Under the pieces are notes generated by a model that made no database searches, was not told the origin of the DNA, and was given only the letters and a program-made list of their open reading frames with translations. A program made the position numbers and the translations under genes. Positions 1 through 15,002 of a stretch of DNA of 64,000 nt are shown one piece after another. The stretch's first letter is position 1; each line of letters starts with the position of its first letter. This stretch comes from Ministeria vibrans ATCC 50519 (taxonomy: Eukaryota; Protista; Filasterea). The DNA is taken from NCBI GenBank assembly GCA_943704425.1, contig CALSCP010001478.1:3004-67003 (forward strand). The letters are read 5' to 3'.

Positions 1-1186
<1,186 letters not shown>

Positions 1187-1344
1187 AGCGTCGCGTGTGT
1201 GGTTCATGGTGTGTGTGTTTTTTTTTTCTCGTCTGCACATGTCGGCGGTGTGTGTGTGTTTGTGTGATTGTTATTTGTAAGAAGGAAAATAGTTTGAATG
1301 TAATCACTACAATAATGTGGATATCTTTCAAAAATGTACACTTA

Positions 1345-3028
1345 TTACAAGACGTCTGCTCCATCTTCTTCTTCGCGAGGCCGCTTCCTTCTTGGCGACA
1401 TGTGTGTCACATCAACAATGCCACAGTGTGCCACTGCATAGGCCACGGTGCACTCCTGTCGGTTGCAGCTCTTGTAGAGTGATGCCTCCCGCACACGCCC
1501 CGTTGCATCCCAATGCAACACCACCCGATGCGTCGCCGTGTGCGCCCAACTCTCACCCAATGCGGGCACAAGAGACGAACTGCTACTCCCACTACCACCA
1601 CCACCACCACCACCACCAATACTACTAGATGCCCCACTAGCTCCTGCACCACTCTCGCTTCGTCGAATGCGCGTTGTCATTTGGTTCATCATCACAATCT
1701 ACACAACTCAAGTCTTACTACAACGTCTTATTATTATTATTACTATTATTAATTATACCGCCAACTTGTGCTGCGTTGCCATCGCCATGAGCGCCTGAGC
1801 CATACCATTGAGCAGTCGTGTGCGCAACGCCATGTCTTCGAAGTCGTGTCGGAAGTGAAAGGCAATGCTATCAATGACAATCACTTTGACCTGCAATATA
1901 CGAAGAGAATATAATAAACTCCCCGAAACACAGAAGAAGTAGCTCGAAGATGTACCGTGGGGTGCTCTTCGAGAAAGGACGGTAGAATGTGCATCAGAGC
2001 CAGCTGTTCAATGTAATCTTGTACACGGAAGTAGTGGATTCGTTGAAGCACCGAATCCACCGTGAGCTACACCGAAGAGATATTGACGATTATTATTATT
2101 ATAATTATTATTATTACTAATTTTTGATATACATGAAAGAAGTAATTGGATGAAGTAATTACTCAATGAAGAAGAAAAGACATAATAAAATAATAATAAT
2201 AATAATAATAATAATTATTATTATTATTATTATTATTAAAATTATTGTATGTTACCTGCACATTTTGCCGCGCGCAAACATCAACGAGACCTTGTGCAAT
2301 GTCCATGGCACGCTCAATGACAAAAGAGCCCTCAGTATCCACATAGATGGCATCTCCTTCGACGCCACCACACACGCGTGGAAGTTGCGCATTGACAGCC
2401 AACTGTATCCTAAAGCACAATCAACAGTTTGCAAGAGTCGATTCTTACACAGCCACAATCTGTCTTTGTACCCTAATTGAGTCTTTCCAATGCCCGGAAG
2501 TCCGCACACCTCCGTGATGTGCTGCATAGCGACCCCTCCGCCGAGCATTTCGTCGAGTGCTTGCGAACTTGTCGTCAACGCCCGTTGCACCTCTTGCTCT
2601 TCCAACAAGTCCAACGCAGACTTGCCAATCGCTCGCCTGCCGTCCCCAATGCCTGCTGTGAATGTTCTCTTAAGCCCAGGGGGCTCGCTGCCGTCTGCGC
2701 TTCCTCCAACGGCTGCAAATGGAAACAGTCAATGGATCATCCTGTTCGCGACACGAACGAAGCAAAGAACACCAAATGCAACAAGTGTACCATGTCGAAC
2801 GCAGTCAATGATCTCCAGAGCAACAGCGGGGTCGACGTCAAGCTCTACGAGGGGGGCAAGGGGAGGGTCAGAGCACGACGGGAACGCGACGCAAACGCGC
2901 AACAGCGCACCATTGCTCAACACGGTCGGCCTTAGCTCCAGCACGTGCGACGCAAGCTCAAACCCATTGTCAAGCAGCAGCTTTCGATGCGACGCCGCCA
3001 AAGGTATTGCGCGGAGGCTTCTAGACAT
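1345..3028 (-). CDS. RAD51C: DNA repair protein RAD51 paralog C, 7 exons
   Basis: LDEMLGGGV, Walker [42 protein letters not shown], Walker [44 protein letters not shown]. All junctions are GT-AG and keep frame. Confidence 0.92.
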
Positions 3029-3176
3029 ACGATGAATAAATAAAACTGAAAAGTGCAAAATAAGTGAAAATATTTATACGATATTTGTCACATCAAAAGG
3101 AGAAAAGAGAGATATTGTATAAAGCACATACACACTCTCTCGCTATCTCTCTTTCTCTCAATCACCGTACCCTATA

Positions 3177-3211
<35 letters not shown>

Positions 3212-3249
3212 GACTTGAGTTTCTCTCCCTCTTCTCCCTTTCGCCGCTT

Positions 3250-5447
3250 TCACGTTGCTTTTACAGGTTCGGCGTCTGCCCCTTGCGACGCGGTCTCTCC
3301 TCCCTCCGCTGCCTCCACTTCCCCCTTCGCCTCCTTCGCTTCCTCATTGGCCTCGTCTGCATCTTCGTTATCTTCATCCGAGTTGTCGTCCGAGTCTTCG
3401 TCCTCCCCGTCCAAGGGCGTCGGAGGGCGCGCAAGTTCTGTCGGTCGCATCCGCACAAACACATTCGCTCCCTCATGTTCACGCAAAACATCCGTATACT
3501 CTTTGCTAGACCCTTCCCCATAGACCAACGGAGTACTTTCGCTCGCACCCGCACGAAACCTACAGGTACAAACACAGTCAATCAATGCAACGGCGTTGCG
3601 ACTCTGTCCTACCAAGCTTCCCCTTCGCGTGGCCAGTTCAAGCGGTGCGGGCCCGCTCGCTCGCTCGTCATAACCATCGGTATCAGTCCAGTACCATGCT
3701 CCAAATGATACCGTCGCACCATTGCCCAGTGCTTCATATCACCTACAAAAAATTACAACAACAACAACAACATTAAAACTTTGAACGTGAACAACCGCTG
3801 GCTTTTTTTCACCTGTGGCAAAGAGCAACTCGTCAAACTCTTCGTCAACATAGCGCAATGAGAAGGCACGGTCGCCCTTGGGATTGGGCTGGTACTCGCC
3901 GTACGAGACGAGTCCGCGTGCCGAGTCGCGACTCGCATGCCACTCTTTGCCCACCGCGCGACGCACCAGCTTCCAGTAGGACGAGTCGAAGTCGAGAAGG
4001 TACGGCTGAGGCTGATGTTGTGTCGCAGCCGCCGATGCAGATGCCGTCGAGATGGCCGATCCCCGCAGCACAGCAGGAACATGCGAGCGAAGGGTCGACG
4101 CACGCTCAAGACGGAACACAGCGTACGCATCGAGCGTCGAGTAGAAAGGCACCGGCAGACCCGCACTGTCCACTGCCACAAGCGAACCCCCCGAACTGCT
4201 GGCAGCACCCGCCGGCCCACAAGAGCCTCGTGCGTGGCGCAGCGCCACAAGATGCTCAGACGCATTCACTGTGATAAGCAGGAAGCGTGACTCAGCGCCC
4301 AACGACCCCTTTCCGTCCAACATGGGGTTCTCCAGGGGCGTCAACATGTCCTCCGCACCACCTCTTCCTCCTCCTCCGTCCCCTTCCACCATGCACAAGT
4401 GGTACTTGGGTCGTGACATGCTCTCAAGAATCACCAGTCCTCCATCAGCAGGAATCAGTCGAAACTGCGAGGCACTGTCGCTCCCTCCATTGCCTGTCAC
4501 TGCACCACTGCTCGTGATTGCAAGATACTTCCCAGTCGCCTGACACTCCAACTGAAGCATCCCACCCGCCAGAGCAAGAGTGTCCACGGGTGGAAGCAGA
4601 CGCAGCGGTAGCTCACGCGCCTGTCCGGGCACAGTACACCCTTCTAACACAAACAACGACGACGCATCCACCATGACATAATTGTGCCGTGCACTCCCGT
4701 CCGTGCCGACCGCCACAAACACATGCTTGGGATCAAGCTGCATCGAACGCACCAACACCTCAAAACCACTGCCATGGCGCACCAGTTGAAACCGCTGCCA
4801 CCCCTGTTGTGACCCCTTGGTGCCCACCGTGCGTCCCTGTGGGTTCACAGCCAGTCGGTGTTCTTCGTTATCGACGCTCTGCAACACCACCGAGCCCAGC
4901 CCACCGTCCATCACTCGAAAGTGCGCTAATCAAAAGTGAGAAGAGGAGAAAAAAGAAAGAAAATAAAGTAAAAAAATGAGACAATCGGTGTGTCATATCA
5001 TCTTGTCTCACTCATACATTGTAATAGGTCCTCCGAGTCTCCGTCGATTTCCCCTGCAGCATCAATGCCCAGGTAGCCTCCGGTAGCCTTGCTCCGCAGG
5101 CGCACAACATCCCCATCGCCACACTTGCTCGCGTACACCTTGAGCAGCGCCTCTGTCTCGCGCTCTCGCTCAGTGCGCGCAGTCGAACTCTCGCCAGCGA
5201 GTGCACCCCGTTCGTCGCCTCCGGCGTTCTCAAACGCTTCACTCGCTTCAGCAAGGCCTTTCAAACAAAGCATTATTTCGGTGGTTAAAAACACAAACAA
5301 TCAGAGCATCTCTCTATCACTTTGTTTCTTTCTCCTCTCTCTGTATCACTTTGTTTCTTTCTCCTCTCTCTCTATCACTTCGTCTCTTTCTCCTCTCTCT
5401 CTATCACTTTGTATCTTTCTCCTATCTCTCTATCACTTCGTCTCTTT

Positions 5448-5540
<93 letters not shown>

Positions 5541-6404
5541 CTGTGTTTCTTTCTCCCTCCTTTCTCTTTCTCTTCTTGATTTTCGCAGTACCTTTGAGGT
5601 CTGTTCTGTGCGACGAGGCTGCCGACGATGTCATCAATTTGGGAGGCGCCGACATGCGCGAGCCTGCCTGAGGAGCCTTTGCGGCAGCTGTTGTTGATAT
5701 TGCAGTTGTGGTGGTAGCTGATGATGATGCTGCTGTCGTGTTCGCGGTGGCGGTGGAGGGAGGCGAATGGACAGGGCCACCCACAATGGCATTGTAATCA
5801 CGCTCAGCGCCTTCCCTGCACTGCGCCTGGTACTGTCGCAAACATTCGGAGAGCGCATCGATCCACCGGTCGCGCACCGCTTCGCTGTCCGCCAATATGT
5901 AGAAGGTTCGATTGGTGGTCATGACGGTGAACATGGTCCCCGTGCGCTTCGCCACGGCAAGGTCGCCCGGCGTTGAAATGCGCACGTCAACCACCTCACG
6001 CAAGTCCATATGGCCCTTCTCGCTCGTCTGCGGTGGCGGGGCAGTCGCGTAGTAGCGCAGGACCAGCCCGTCCAGGACAAACCAGCGCGACTTCCACGAC
6101 TTGACTCGCTTGCCTGCAAGCCCAAACGAGCGCAACGGGACAGAGAGAGAGTGAGTGAGAGAGAGAGGAGAGGCCAAAGTTCAAAAAAAAAAAATGCAGA
6201 GAATCGATAGCGAAAAACACAAAGGGTCGTTCTCCGCAAGACGGCGTGTGTCAAAGAAGGATGAGAGAACCAGCGAAGCGGGAGGGAGGGAGAGAGAGGG
6301 AGAGAGAGCGGGAGAATGAGGCAAAAGGGAAAGAGAAGAGCGAATGTGCATTGCGCTGTACCTCGCTTTGTGAGCCAGCCACTCATGACCGGCTGGTGAG
6401 ACAT
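3250..6404 (-). CDS. PH domain + two fascin/FGF-like beta-trefoil domains + fibrinogen-related-like C-terminal domain protein, 6 exons
   Basis: PH: MSGWLTKRGKRVKSWKSRWFVLDGLVLRYY...GHMDL...TFYILADSEAVRDRWIDAL. Trefoil repeats: VVRLRSKATGGYLGIDAAGEIDG and MLQLECQATGKYLAITSSGAVTGNG..SQFRL. C-domain: YWKLVRR..WHASRD..G..SYG..FS..FDELLFATGD..YGE..GANVFVR. Acidic tail. Confidence 0.75.
5311..5560. repeat. Intronic composite minisatellite: CTATCACTTTGTTTCT units within (CT)n
   Basis: Several tandem ~28-bp units tctctctatcactttgtttctttctcc followed by a (CT)n tract. Confidence 0.85.
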
Positions 6405-6570
6405 CGTGAGAAGACAACACACTTGCGAGTATGGCACTGGATTCACTAAAATTGCTGTTTGGACTTTGGACTTTGGACTTTCGCGTTTGCTAAAAACGTT
6501 TGTTTAACTGATTATCAATCTATGAATCTTATCGGAATAAAAAGTGAAAAGAGCAGAAAAATCAAAACGC

Positions 6571-6788
6571 AATCAAAACGATGCAATGTAGATGATATGT
6601 TAGTAATGTTATATGAATACTATGTCAAAAAAAGACTAGATACAAAACAAAACGCAGTGCAATACTTCCGCCGTAGACTGAAGAATCAAAACGATGCAAT
6701 GTAGATAATATGTTAAATGAATACTATGTCAAAACAAGACTATATACAAACCAAAAGGCAGTACAATACTTCCGCCGTAGACTTGCAG
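6571..6788. repeat. Imperfect tandem duplication, two copies of ~105-113 bp, intergenic
   Basis: aatcaaaacgatgcaatgtagat...gaatactatgtcaaaa...caatacttccgccgtagact starts at 6571 and again at 6684. Confidence 0.9.
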
Positions 6789-6855
6789 GCAAGAATAAAG
6801 AAGTACCCAAAAGAAGCCCATAAACCCACTGTATATAAAGGTTTTAATATGTTTA

Positions 6856-7430
6856 TCATTTGGTTGAGAATTTGAAGACTGTTGTGTGAGCATAAGTTTC
6901 GCCAGCACGAAGAACAATTGAGGGAAAGTGTGGGTGATTTGGAGAATCAGGAAAACTCTAAAGAAAAATCACGAGTCAGAGAACCAACCCCCCCCCAACA
7001 CCGAAACGGACCTGAGTTTCGAGACAAAATCCGGCGTGTTTTCCATACGTCTGGCCTGCACGTCCCTTGATGGTCCCATCAAGGAAGTTTCCTGTGTAAA
7101 ACTGGCACGCAGGAGCACTCGTGGAAACCTACATATAGACAGAAAAAGAAACATGAACGACAGAAAACGACGCGCATACAACGAACAGTCATTTTTCTTC
7201 CGGAAAGCGGCTCGGAAACGGTACAAAAGGGCTCGAGAGCACCCTGCTCTGTCTTGCTGAGAACATAGTTGTGATCGTATCCGCCGTTGGTGCCTTCCAC
7301 CATTCCCAGTCGTTCCCCAATGCACTGTGGACCACTGTAGAAGTCAAACGGTGTGCCAATCACCGACAGCACCTTGAAAAACAAAAGAAAACACCCGGAG
7401 TCACACACATACACACAATAAGTAATCACA

Positions 7431-7471
<41 letters not shown>

Positions 7472-7644
7472 CTCNNNNNNNNNNNNNNNNNNNNNNNNNN
7501 NNNNNNNNNNNNNNNNNNNNNNNNNNNNNNNNNNNNNNNNNNNNNNNNNNNNNNNNNNNNNNNNNNNNNNNNNNNNNNNNNNNNNNNNNNNNNNNNNNNN
7601 NNNNNNNNNNNNNNNNNNNNNNNNNNNNNNNNNNNNNNNNNNNN

Positions 7645-7738
<94 letters not shown>

Positions 7739-8648
7739 CTTTGCTTATTTTTTCTTCTCTCAATCTTTTCGTTTGATTTACTTCTCCTGTGGGAATGAGT
7801 GTGGCATCCACTGGCGTGTAGAACTGAGCAGCAAGCGAGAGACAGTGATCGTGAACAGTGCCAAACCCCGCAAGATTGAAGTAGGAGTGGTTCGTAAGAT
7901 TGCAGAGCGTCGCCTGGTCCGTGGTCGCCTCGTATTCGATGGTGAGTTCGCCGCTGTCGTTGAGCGTAAAGGTTACAGTTGCGTCCAGCGACGAGGGATA
8001 ATCTTCTTCGTTTGGTTCGCTGGAAAGAGTAAGTTCACAACAATCATGTTACAATGAACTATTTTTGTGTTTGCGCATGAAAATAATATAAACAGCTGCC
8101 CTTCCGTCATAACATCTCGACATACCTATTAAGAGCAAACGTGACGTGGTCTTCCTGCGCACTGACTGCGAGCCACACACGTTTGTCAAAGCCATTCTAA
8201 GGCAAAACACACATAACATACAATTATAAATAATATTATACATCATGAGATGTTTCGAGTGCGCACCACGCCGCCATGCAGATGGTTGGGCCCATCGTTG
8301 GTTGCAAGCTGGTAGTGGACCTGGTCCAGGCGGAACTTGCCGTGTGCAATGCGATTGGCGACGCGTCCGACGGTGCATCCGAAATAGGCGTTGGACGCGC
8401 CACACAGATACGGCGCGAGCGTGTCGTGCCCCAGGACAACCTCGCCAAGCTTGCCGGCGCTAGAAGGAGCGTCAGAATGGCGTTTTTGATTGAGAAGGAG
8501 CGGAGAACCTGTCGGGAACGCGAATGGACGTGATTGTCGCGCCGTACGTCGACACGGAGACGCTCCACCCCATGCTGTTCGTGATCGTGTGCAGTACAAT
8601 GTCAGTGCCGTCGGGCAGCGTGCCGTGCGGCTTTTCACTCAGTCCCAT
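6856..8648 (-). CDS. GALM: Aldose 1-epimerase (galactose mutarotase); one intron spans an N gap
   Basis: [96 protein letters not shown]. Confidence 0.95.
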
Positions 8649-8868
8649 TTCAAGCAAGAAAATAATAATAATAATAATAATAATTATATTCAAGGTATAA
8701 CAATTATGAGAACCATTACAATAACTATTATTTTTCACAAGTTCACTCAGAATAATAATAATACAAACAATATTAAATTTTAGACTTTAAAGATATATAT
8801 CTGTCTCTCGATCCTCTCTCTCTCCTCTCAAAAGCGCAAACATGATCATACTATATGAAAAAATGGTT

Positions 8869-11800
8869 TTATTCGAACGGGCTGCTGTCCAACACGCGCA
8901 CCGCATCGGCCGGAACCAGACCAGACTCCTCACCCAACATACACGCATACCAGTCCTCGTCAACACGGTCCATTACGGTCAGAAGGTCGCCCTTTTGGAA
9001 GCGCAATTCCATCTCATCTGACGGAGTGTTGTCCCGCAATGCCAAACACTGTTGCTCCTCTTCGTCACCATCGTCGTCGTCACCGTCGTCGTCGTCACCG
9101 TCGTCATCGTCGTCGCCGTTCTTTTCCTTCTCCGTCTCCGTCACTTCCTTTTGATCTTCATTGTCTTCTTCCGTCACTCGCGCCGACACTACTTCTGCCT
9201 CAATAGACTGCATTCCAAACGTATCCACATCCGCTGTCACACACACAGGCTGCTCCACCACCATTCCCTTCTTCTTCTTCTTCTCCTCCTCCTCCTCTTC
9301 TTCTTCTTCTTCTAACTGTGGCTCATACATGTGCTGCTGCACTGGTAACGCCGACAACACAGCCGCATCAGATGTCGCCAAAAACGCCGTCGAGTGCGAG
9401 CGACCCTGTGCGAACAACTGTCGTGGTGGCAACGAACGGGGAGACTCGCGCTGCTGCTGCTGTTGCTGCTGTTGTTGTTGTGGTTGCAGTTGTGATTGAG
9501 ATCGTAATGGCGCGGTGAGCGAGTTGGGCTGTTCGGGAACAGTCATGATGTGTTGGTGAGCGAGCGGTGACTGAGGAGAGGCACTGACAGAGGCAGCGAC
9601 TCGCTTGAGCCAGCCTCCGAGTCGTTTGCCAGTGCCACCTCCTCCACTGCTGTCCGTCTGTCCCGCAGGTGTCATGCCGCCAATACCTGGTGAAGGCTGT
9701 ACTGCCTGTGATACAGAGCGCAGCACTTGCAGGGCACTCGAAGGTCGCGATGGAGACTGCGATTGATCTGCGCTAGAGTCGGGCTGAGACTGCCGGCGGG
9801 ACTTGGCGAGGAATCGAGCCGCAGCCAACGCTATCTTACTCTGCGGTGGCTGCTCTTGAGTCTGCTCCGGCACCCGAGCCTCCGTCTGCTGATGCTGCTG
9901 CTGTTGTTGAAACTGCTGCTGTTGCTGTTGAAACTGCTGCTGCTGCTGTTGAAACTGCTCTGGGTGCTCGGCTTGTACCTTGAGCCAATGTTGGCGTTCT
10001 TTCTCCTCGCGCCGACGGGCCTCAAAGTCGGGGAAGAGGCGGAACTGCAGACGATCAATGCGCTGGGCTAGATCCATCACACGCATCCACTCTTCGCGGT
10101 TGCACGACGCCATAAACGCAGTCTCGTTGTACACGCGGAAGAGACCTTCGGGGTAGCGACGAAAGTGGTCGAGCCAGCCGGCAAAGTGGTGGTGGTTGAG
10201 ACAACCACAGACAAAGGTGCGAAACTTCATATCGGGATCATTATTCATCTCGGGCCGTTGGTTCAGCGACATCACTTGCTTGCGCGCCGCTTGTGCCTCG
10301 GCCATGACCAACTCTCCAGCGCCTCCCATCACGCGCATCGACAGATTCATTCCCACGGACGCCTCTATGAGTGACCAGATCGACGAGGGCCCAAGCAGAC
10401 CCTTAAAGCGAGCCGTCTTCATGCCATCGCTAAGGACTCCTGCAATGGCCGAGCACAGCCGACCACGCACCATCGAGCCAATGCGTGGGTTGCAGTGGTC
10501 GTCGCCAACAAGAACCGGGTCAAAGGGCGTACCGTCTTCACAGGGTCCCGCACGATCCAACTGCTCCGCAAAGAACTGCTCCAATGCCACCGTTGCTTCG
10601 CCCAGTTTGTTGATCAGCGCCGACCGCAAGTCGCTCTGGGCATTCTCAAGACGGTCCGTCTTGGCTGTGGCGGCATTCGCAGCTGCCAGAGCAATCCGCT
10701 GGTCCTCTTGCGCTTGCAACGCCTGTCGTTGCTGCTGCTCAAACAACAGACGCTCCTGTGTAAAGTCCAACTGTTCCAGCTCGGTGCGATGTGATGCAAC
10801 GCCGCTCTGAGTCTGTCGCTGATGTTGATCTTGCTGCACCATTTGGTGTTGTTGTTGCTGTTGTTGCTGTACACGCAAAGGAAGAGTAGTGGCCACTGAT
10901 TGCGACTGACTCGATCCTTGCCTTTGTCCTTGCTGCTGCTGTTGTTCTGCATCGTGCTTCTCGCGGGCGGCCGCCTTGTCCTGCTGTTGCTGTCGCCACT
11001 TTTGGAGTTGTTGGTCGCGCAAGATGCGCTCACGTTGCTGCTGTGTCATGGCAGGTGTGATGGAGGCAGAGGCGCTGGCCGAGCTCTCAATGGTCGGGTT
11101 GATCGTCGATGCAGTAGCAAATGCAATCGTAGTAGGTGTGTCGACAATGGTCGTCGGTGACGGTTTGGTGCGGTTGACAAACCAGCGATGGTGGTCATTG
11201 CTGTAGATGACGCGCAAGTCGGGCCCAAGGTCAAAAGTGCGAATGGAGCTTTCGGCGTCGGGAAAAAAGGGCGGGTGATGCTCCGACGACTCGTGGAGTT
11301 TCCACTGTCCATTTACAAAGTGCAGGAGACAGCCCGAGAGATCAATGAAACTCATTTTGCTGCCAGGACCGCCACGAGTCGCTTGCGTGAGAACCACCTT
11401 CATGACAGAAGGAAACGTGACCACAAAGGCACCCGATGACGAGGGCGCTGGTGAGGCAGAGGGGGCGACAGGCGGTGGTGTTGTTGTTGTTGATGACGAC
11501 GTTGTTGTTGTTGGTGGTGGGGTGGACACTGCGTCAGAGGATAGAGGCGTGGAGGCGGAGAAGGTAGAGAAGGGCTCAGCGGTGTCGTGAACGGGCGAAG
11601 GGGGAAGCAAGAGAGGTGGAGGCGATGGAGATTGAGCTCGCACGTCGAGCGAGGACTTTCTCGGTGACTGAGAGCCATTTGAGATCACATTGGCGGTGAT
11701 AGGAGCAATCGGGGCACGAGCAGTCGTACCAATCGCCGTGTTGGTGCTGCTCGCGGAAGGTGGCAGTGACGACGACGAAGCAGGAATTGCTCGCACTTTC

Positions 11801-13101
11801 ACGGGTGAATTGATCGGCGTCGAGTGTGGTGTGGCGGGCGACAGTGGGGCGTCGTCGGATGCCTCCATTTCAAGGGCCTTTTCGCGAAGCGAGCGAAAGA
11901 CGGGGCTGGGGTCTTCATCGACAGGCGCCTTGCGGGCGGGCACAGACGCAAAGAGATCCTCAATGGCACGCTCGTGGTCAAAGTAATAGCCACTCTCAAC
12001 GCCAACAAGCTCGTTCTCGTCGCGAGGCATAACAAAGCTTCCGGCACGGGGCTGTGAGGCAGCGTGTCGCTCGGCGTCAGTGAGTGCGCGGGGAGAGCCG
12101 CCAGCAGTGGGAGGAGGCGGTGGCTTGTTCATAGTGGTGCGTGGAGAAGAGGAGGCTGACGTGACCTTGCGCAGATGATCAAGCGGGTTCACCATGTCAG
12201 GCAGGACATCTTCAGATGTGGCGGGAGTGACAGCAGTCGAAGCAGTAGCAGTGGGGTTTGCATTCATTGTATTATCAGTGGCCGAGTGTGTGTCAGAGGA
12301 GGCTGTCGTTGGTGGGCTCTGAGGTGCGCCCGGAGCGTCGTCTTTGCTCTTCTTTCGTCGATGTTGAGTCTACAATCGAAAGAATCAAAGAGAGACAGAT
12401 ACAGGCAGACAGAAGAGAAACAAAAAAAACAAAGAGAGAGAGAGGGGGGGGGGGGGGGGNNNNNNNNNNGGGGGGGGGAAGGAACAGAGTGATAGAAGAA
12501 AGAAACAAAAGATAGAAGAAGAAAACAAACTGATAGGAAAAAAAAAGAAACAACGAGGTATAGAGGAAAGAAATAAAGTAATCGAGAGAGAGAGAAGAGA
12601 ATCAATACCTTTTTCACTTTGCGGAGTTTGTCAGTGACAAAGAAAGTGAAGCGGTGCGCCTCATCCTGTTCGGTGCCATCACCAAGGATGTTGCGAAAGG
12701 GCCGGATGTGGCTCTCGAGAAGCACTTCATGCCCATCAATCTCATCGATGCGGTACATGTAGCGCGCATTGGGTGCCTAATAAGAGGATGAAAGTGCGTG
12801 AGGAAGGAAGAGGAAGGAGTACGAAAATGTCAGCAATACTCTTTTAAGGACATCTGAGCGCGCTAGAACTTCTTCGACGGTGATGGATGTGCTGGCAATA
12901 AGTGGAAAGTTGGAGAGTGCTTCAAAGACGCCAAAACGAAGGGCGATCAGTGAGGCAGAGGGTCGAACAATGTGACATCTACGAAGCAAAACTGAGTAAG
13001 AAACAACTGCCAAATCCTTCTTGGCACATGAATTCACATACACTCGACTCAATCTCTCTCTCTCTCATAAATCACTCACAAAGTTGAATCACACACACAC
13101 A

Positions 13102-13157
<56 letters not shown>

Positions 13158-13459
13158 TACATACTTATATGTAAATAATTATGTACAATACAATATATAT
13201 TATAAAATATATATAGTGACTCTCTGTCTCTCCTGCTCAGTCATACTGATTGATTTCGTCTGGGATGACACAGCCTGGTTCGAGTCTACGCACTGTACAG
13301 TTGTGCTCAATGTACCATCCGCGAAACTGCGCTGCGTACGCCGGAAGACTCGCTCGGATTTCAGATTCCGTCAAATGTTGATCCTACTCAAAAAAAAAAG
13401 ATCAATACAATATTACTTACAATAAACCGAATAAACAATCGGGCGATTCAATGCAAGTG

Positions 13460-13541
<82 letters not shown>

Positions 13542-14598
13542 TTGAGTGTGGGTGTTTGTGTGTTTGTATATGTACACGTATGCGTGGGCATAGAGTGTGT
13601 TTAATGTGCTACCTTTGCAAGGACAGTGACCACTGACTTGTCTGGAAGCACAGCAAAGAGTGGTAAGCGATGTGACTCTGTTCGATCCGTCGGTGCCTCT
13701 GTGTCAGATCGCTTCTCAGGCTCGTCATCGTTTCCGCTACAGAACATTAATAACAATGGAATTATACTTATAATGGTTAATACCCTAACATGCTGAATGT
13801 TTCGTCCTCTTGGCACTCGTCGTCGTCTTCCGGCATGAGCGAGTCGATAATGTCGCTGAGAACTCGATCAGGAAGAGAGCTACAGCAGAGAGATAGTGTG
13901 TGTGTGAGAGAGAGAGAGAGAAAGAAACAAAGTGATAGAGAGAGAGAGAAACAAACAAAGTGATAGAGAGAGAGAAAAAGAAACAAAGTGATAGAGAGAG
14001 AGAGCACAGCCAACGTTACAGATGACGGTCAAGCGAGTGGCAGAGGGCACGCGTACCTTTTGGGGCGGGACGAGCCGGTCGTCCAGAAGTCCATCATGTC
14101 CACAATGTCGCCCATCCACTCCTGCGTCTCGGTTTCCGTCTACACAGACACACCTTTATAAGCAACGCCCGCGTGCCATGCGCACCCCGGGAAGGCAGTG
14201 CGGCGCGTGGCGTACCGTGGCAAGCAGCGTGAATGTTTTGCTTGGCGTCGCGACATCAAAGGCCATTCCGGAGAGCTCCTTCTTCACATTGGGAGTCATT
14301 GAGATGTGTTCGATGTCGGCCAGCGACAGCGCCCCGCTCGGCTCGGTGTCGTCCGCCTCACGGTAGTAGTACAGAAAGCCATCGGCTGTAGCAAATTGTC
14401 GTTTTAACACTCCAAAAATTTGAAAAGAACGAAAAAAAAAAAAAGCAAAACCTTTCAGTTGAAAATATCTCCTGTTCCAACGCTTGACGTGGTCACTGCG
14501 TTTCAACAAGAACCCCGAGCGCTCCTTGGGCGGCTACGGAGCACAGAAATGGATGAGACGGTCGATGAGGAAACGACATATTATTATTATGATACCAT
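8869..14598 (-). CDS. PH + (possible ubiquitin/RA-like region) + RUN + SH3 protein (RUSC-like), multi-exon with a ~3.5-kb last exon
   Basis: First exon is ATG only (14596-14598), then PPKERSGFLLKRSDHVKRWNRRYFQLK.DGFLYYY..PSGALSL..TFTLLA.TETETQEWMGDI (PH). RUN: LCSAIAGVLSDGMK...SSIWSLIE...DMKFRTFVCGCLNHHHFAGWL..LFRVYNETAFM (~10030-10640). C-terminal SH3: CLALRDN..EMELRFQKGDLL..DWY..GLVPADAV. Confidence 0.8.
13905..14003. repeat. Same minisatellite, reverse orientation (AGAAACAAAGTGATAGAGAG)
   Basis: Three aaacaaagtgatagagagag units. Confidence 0.85.
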
Positions 14599-15002
14599 AG
14601 GTCACAAGAAGAAGGAGGAGGAGGAAGGGCGGCAGGCGACGTGACACGCAACTCACCCAAGAGCCAGCTGCGGTAACTGAGCAAATGGAAAAGAATCAAA
14701 AGAGTAATGACTGACTGGTATGAACTCCAAAATCTAATAATTAAGTCATGACGCTTATCACACGTTGCGAAAGGGCACTTAAGAAGTGTTAACAGGAGGC
14801 TAGTCACTCAGTACTGACTACTGACTACTCACTACTGCCACTCTGCCAGTAGTCAGTAGCCTCAGCCTTTTGCTTTCGTTCTTGACCCTTCTTAAGCTTC
14901 TTTACCCGATCGATCGTTAAAATATTTCTTATTATTATTCGTTTACGCCTTTTTTTCCAATATTAATTATTTTTTTAAAAAAAGAATTAAAAAGGGAAAA
15001 TA

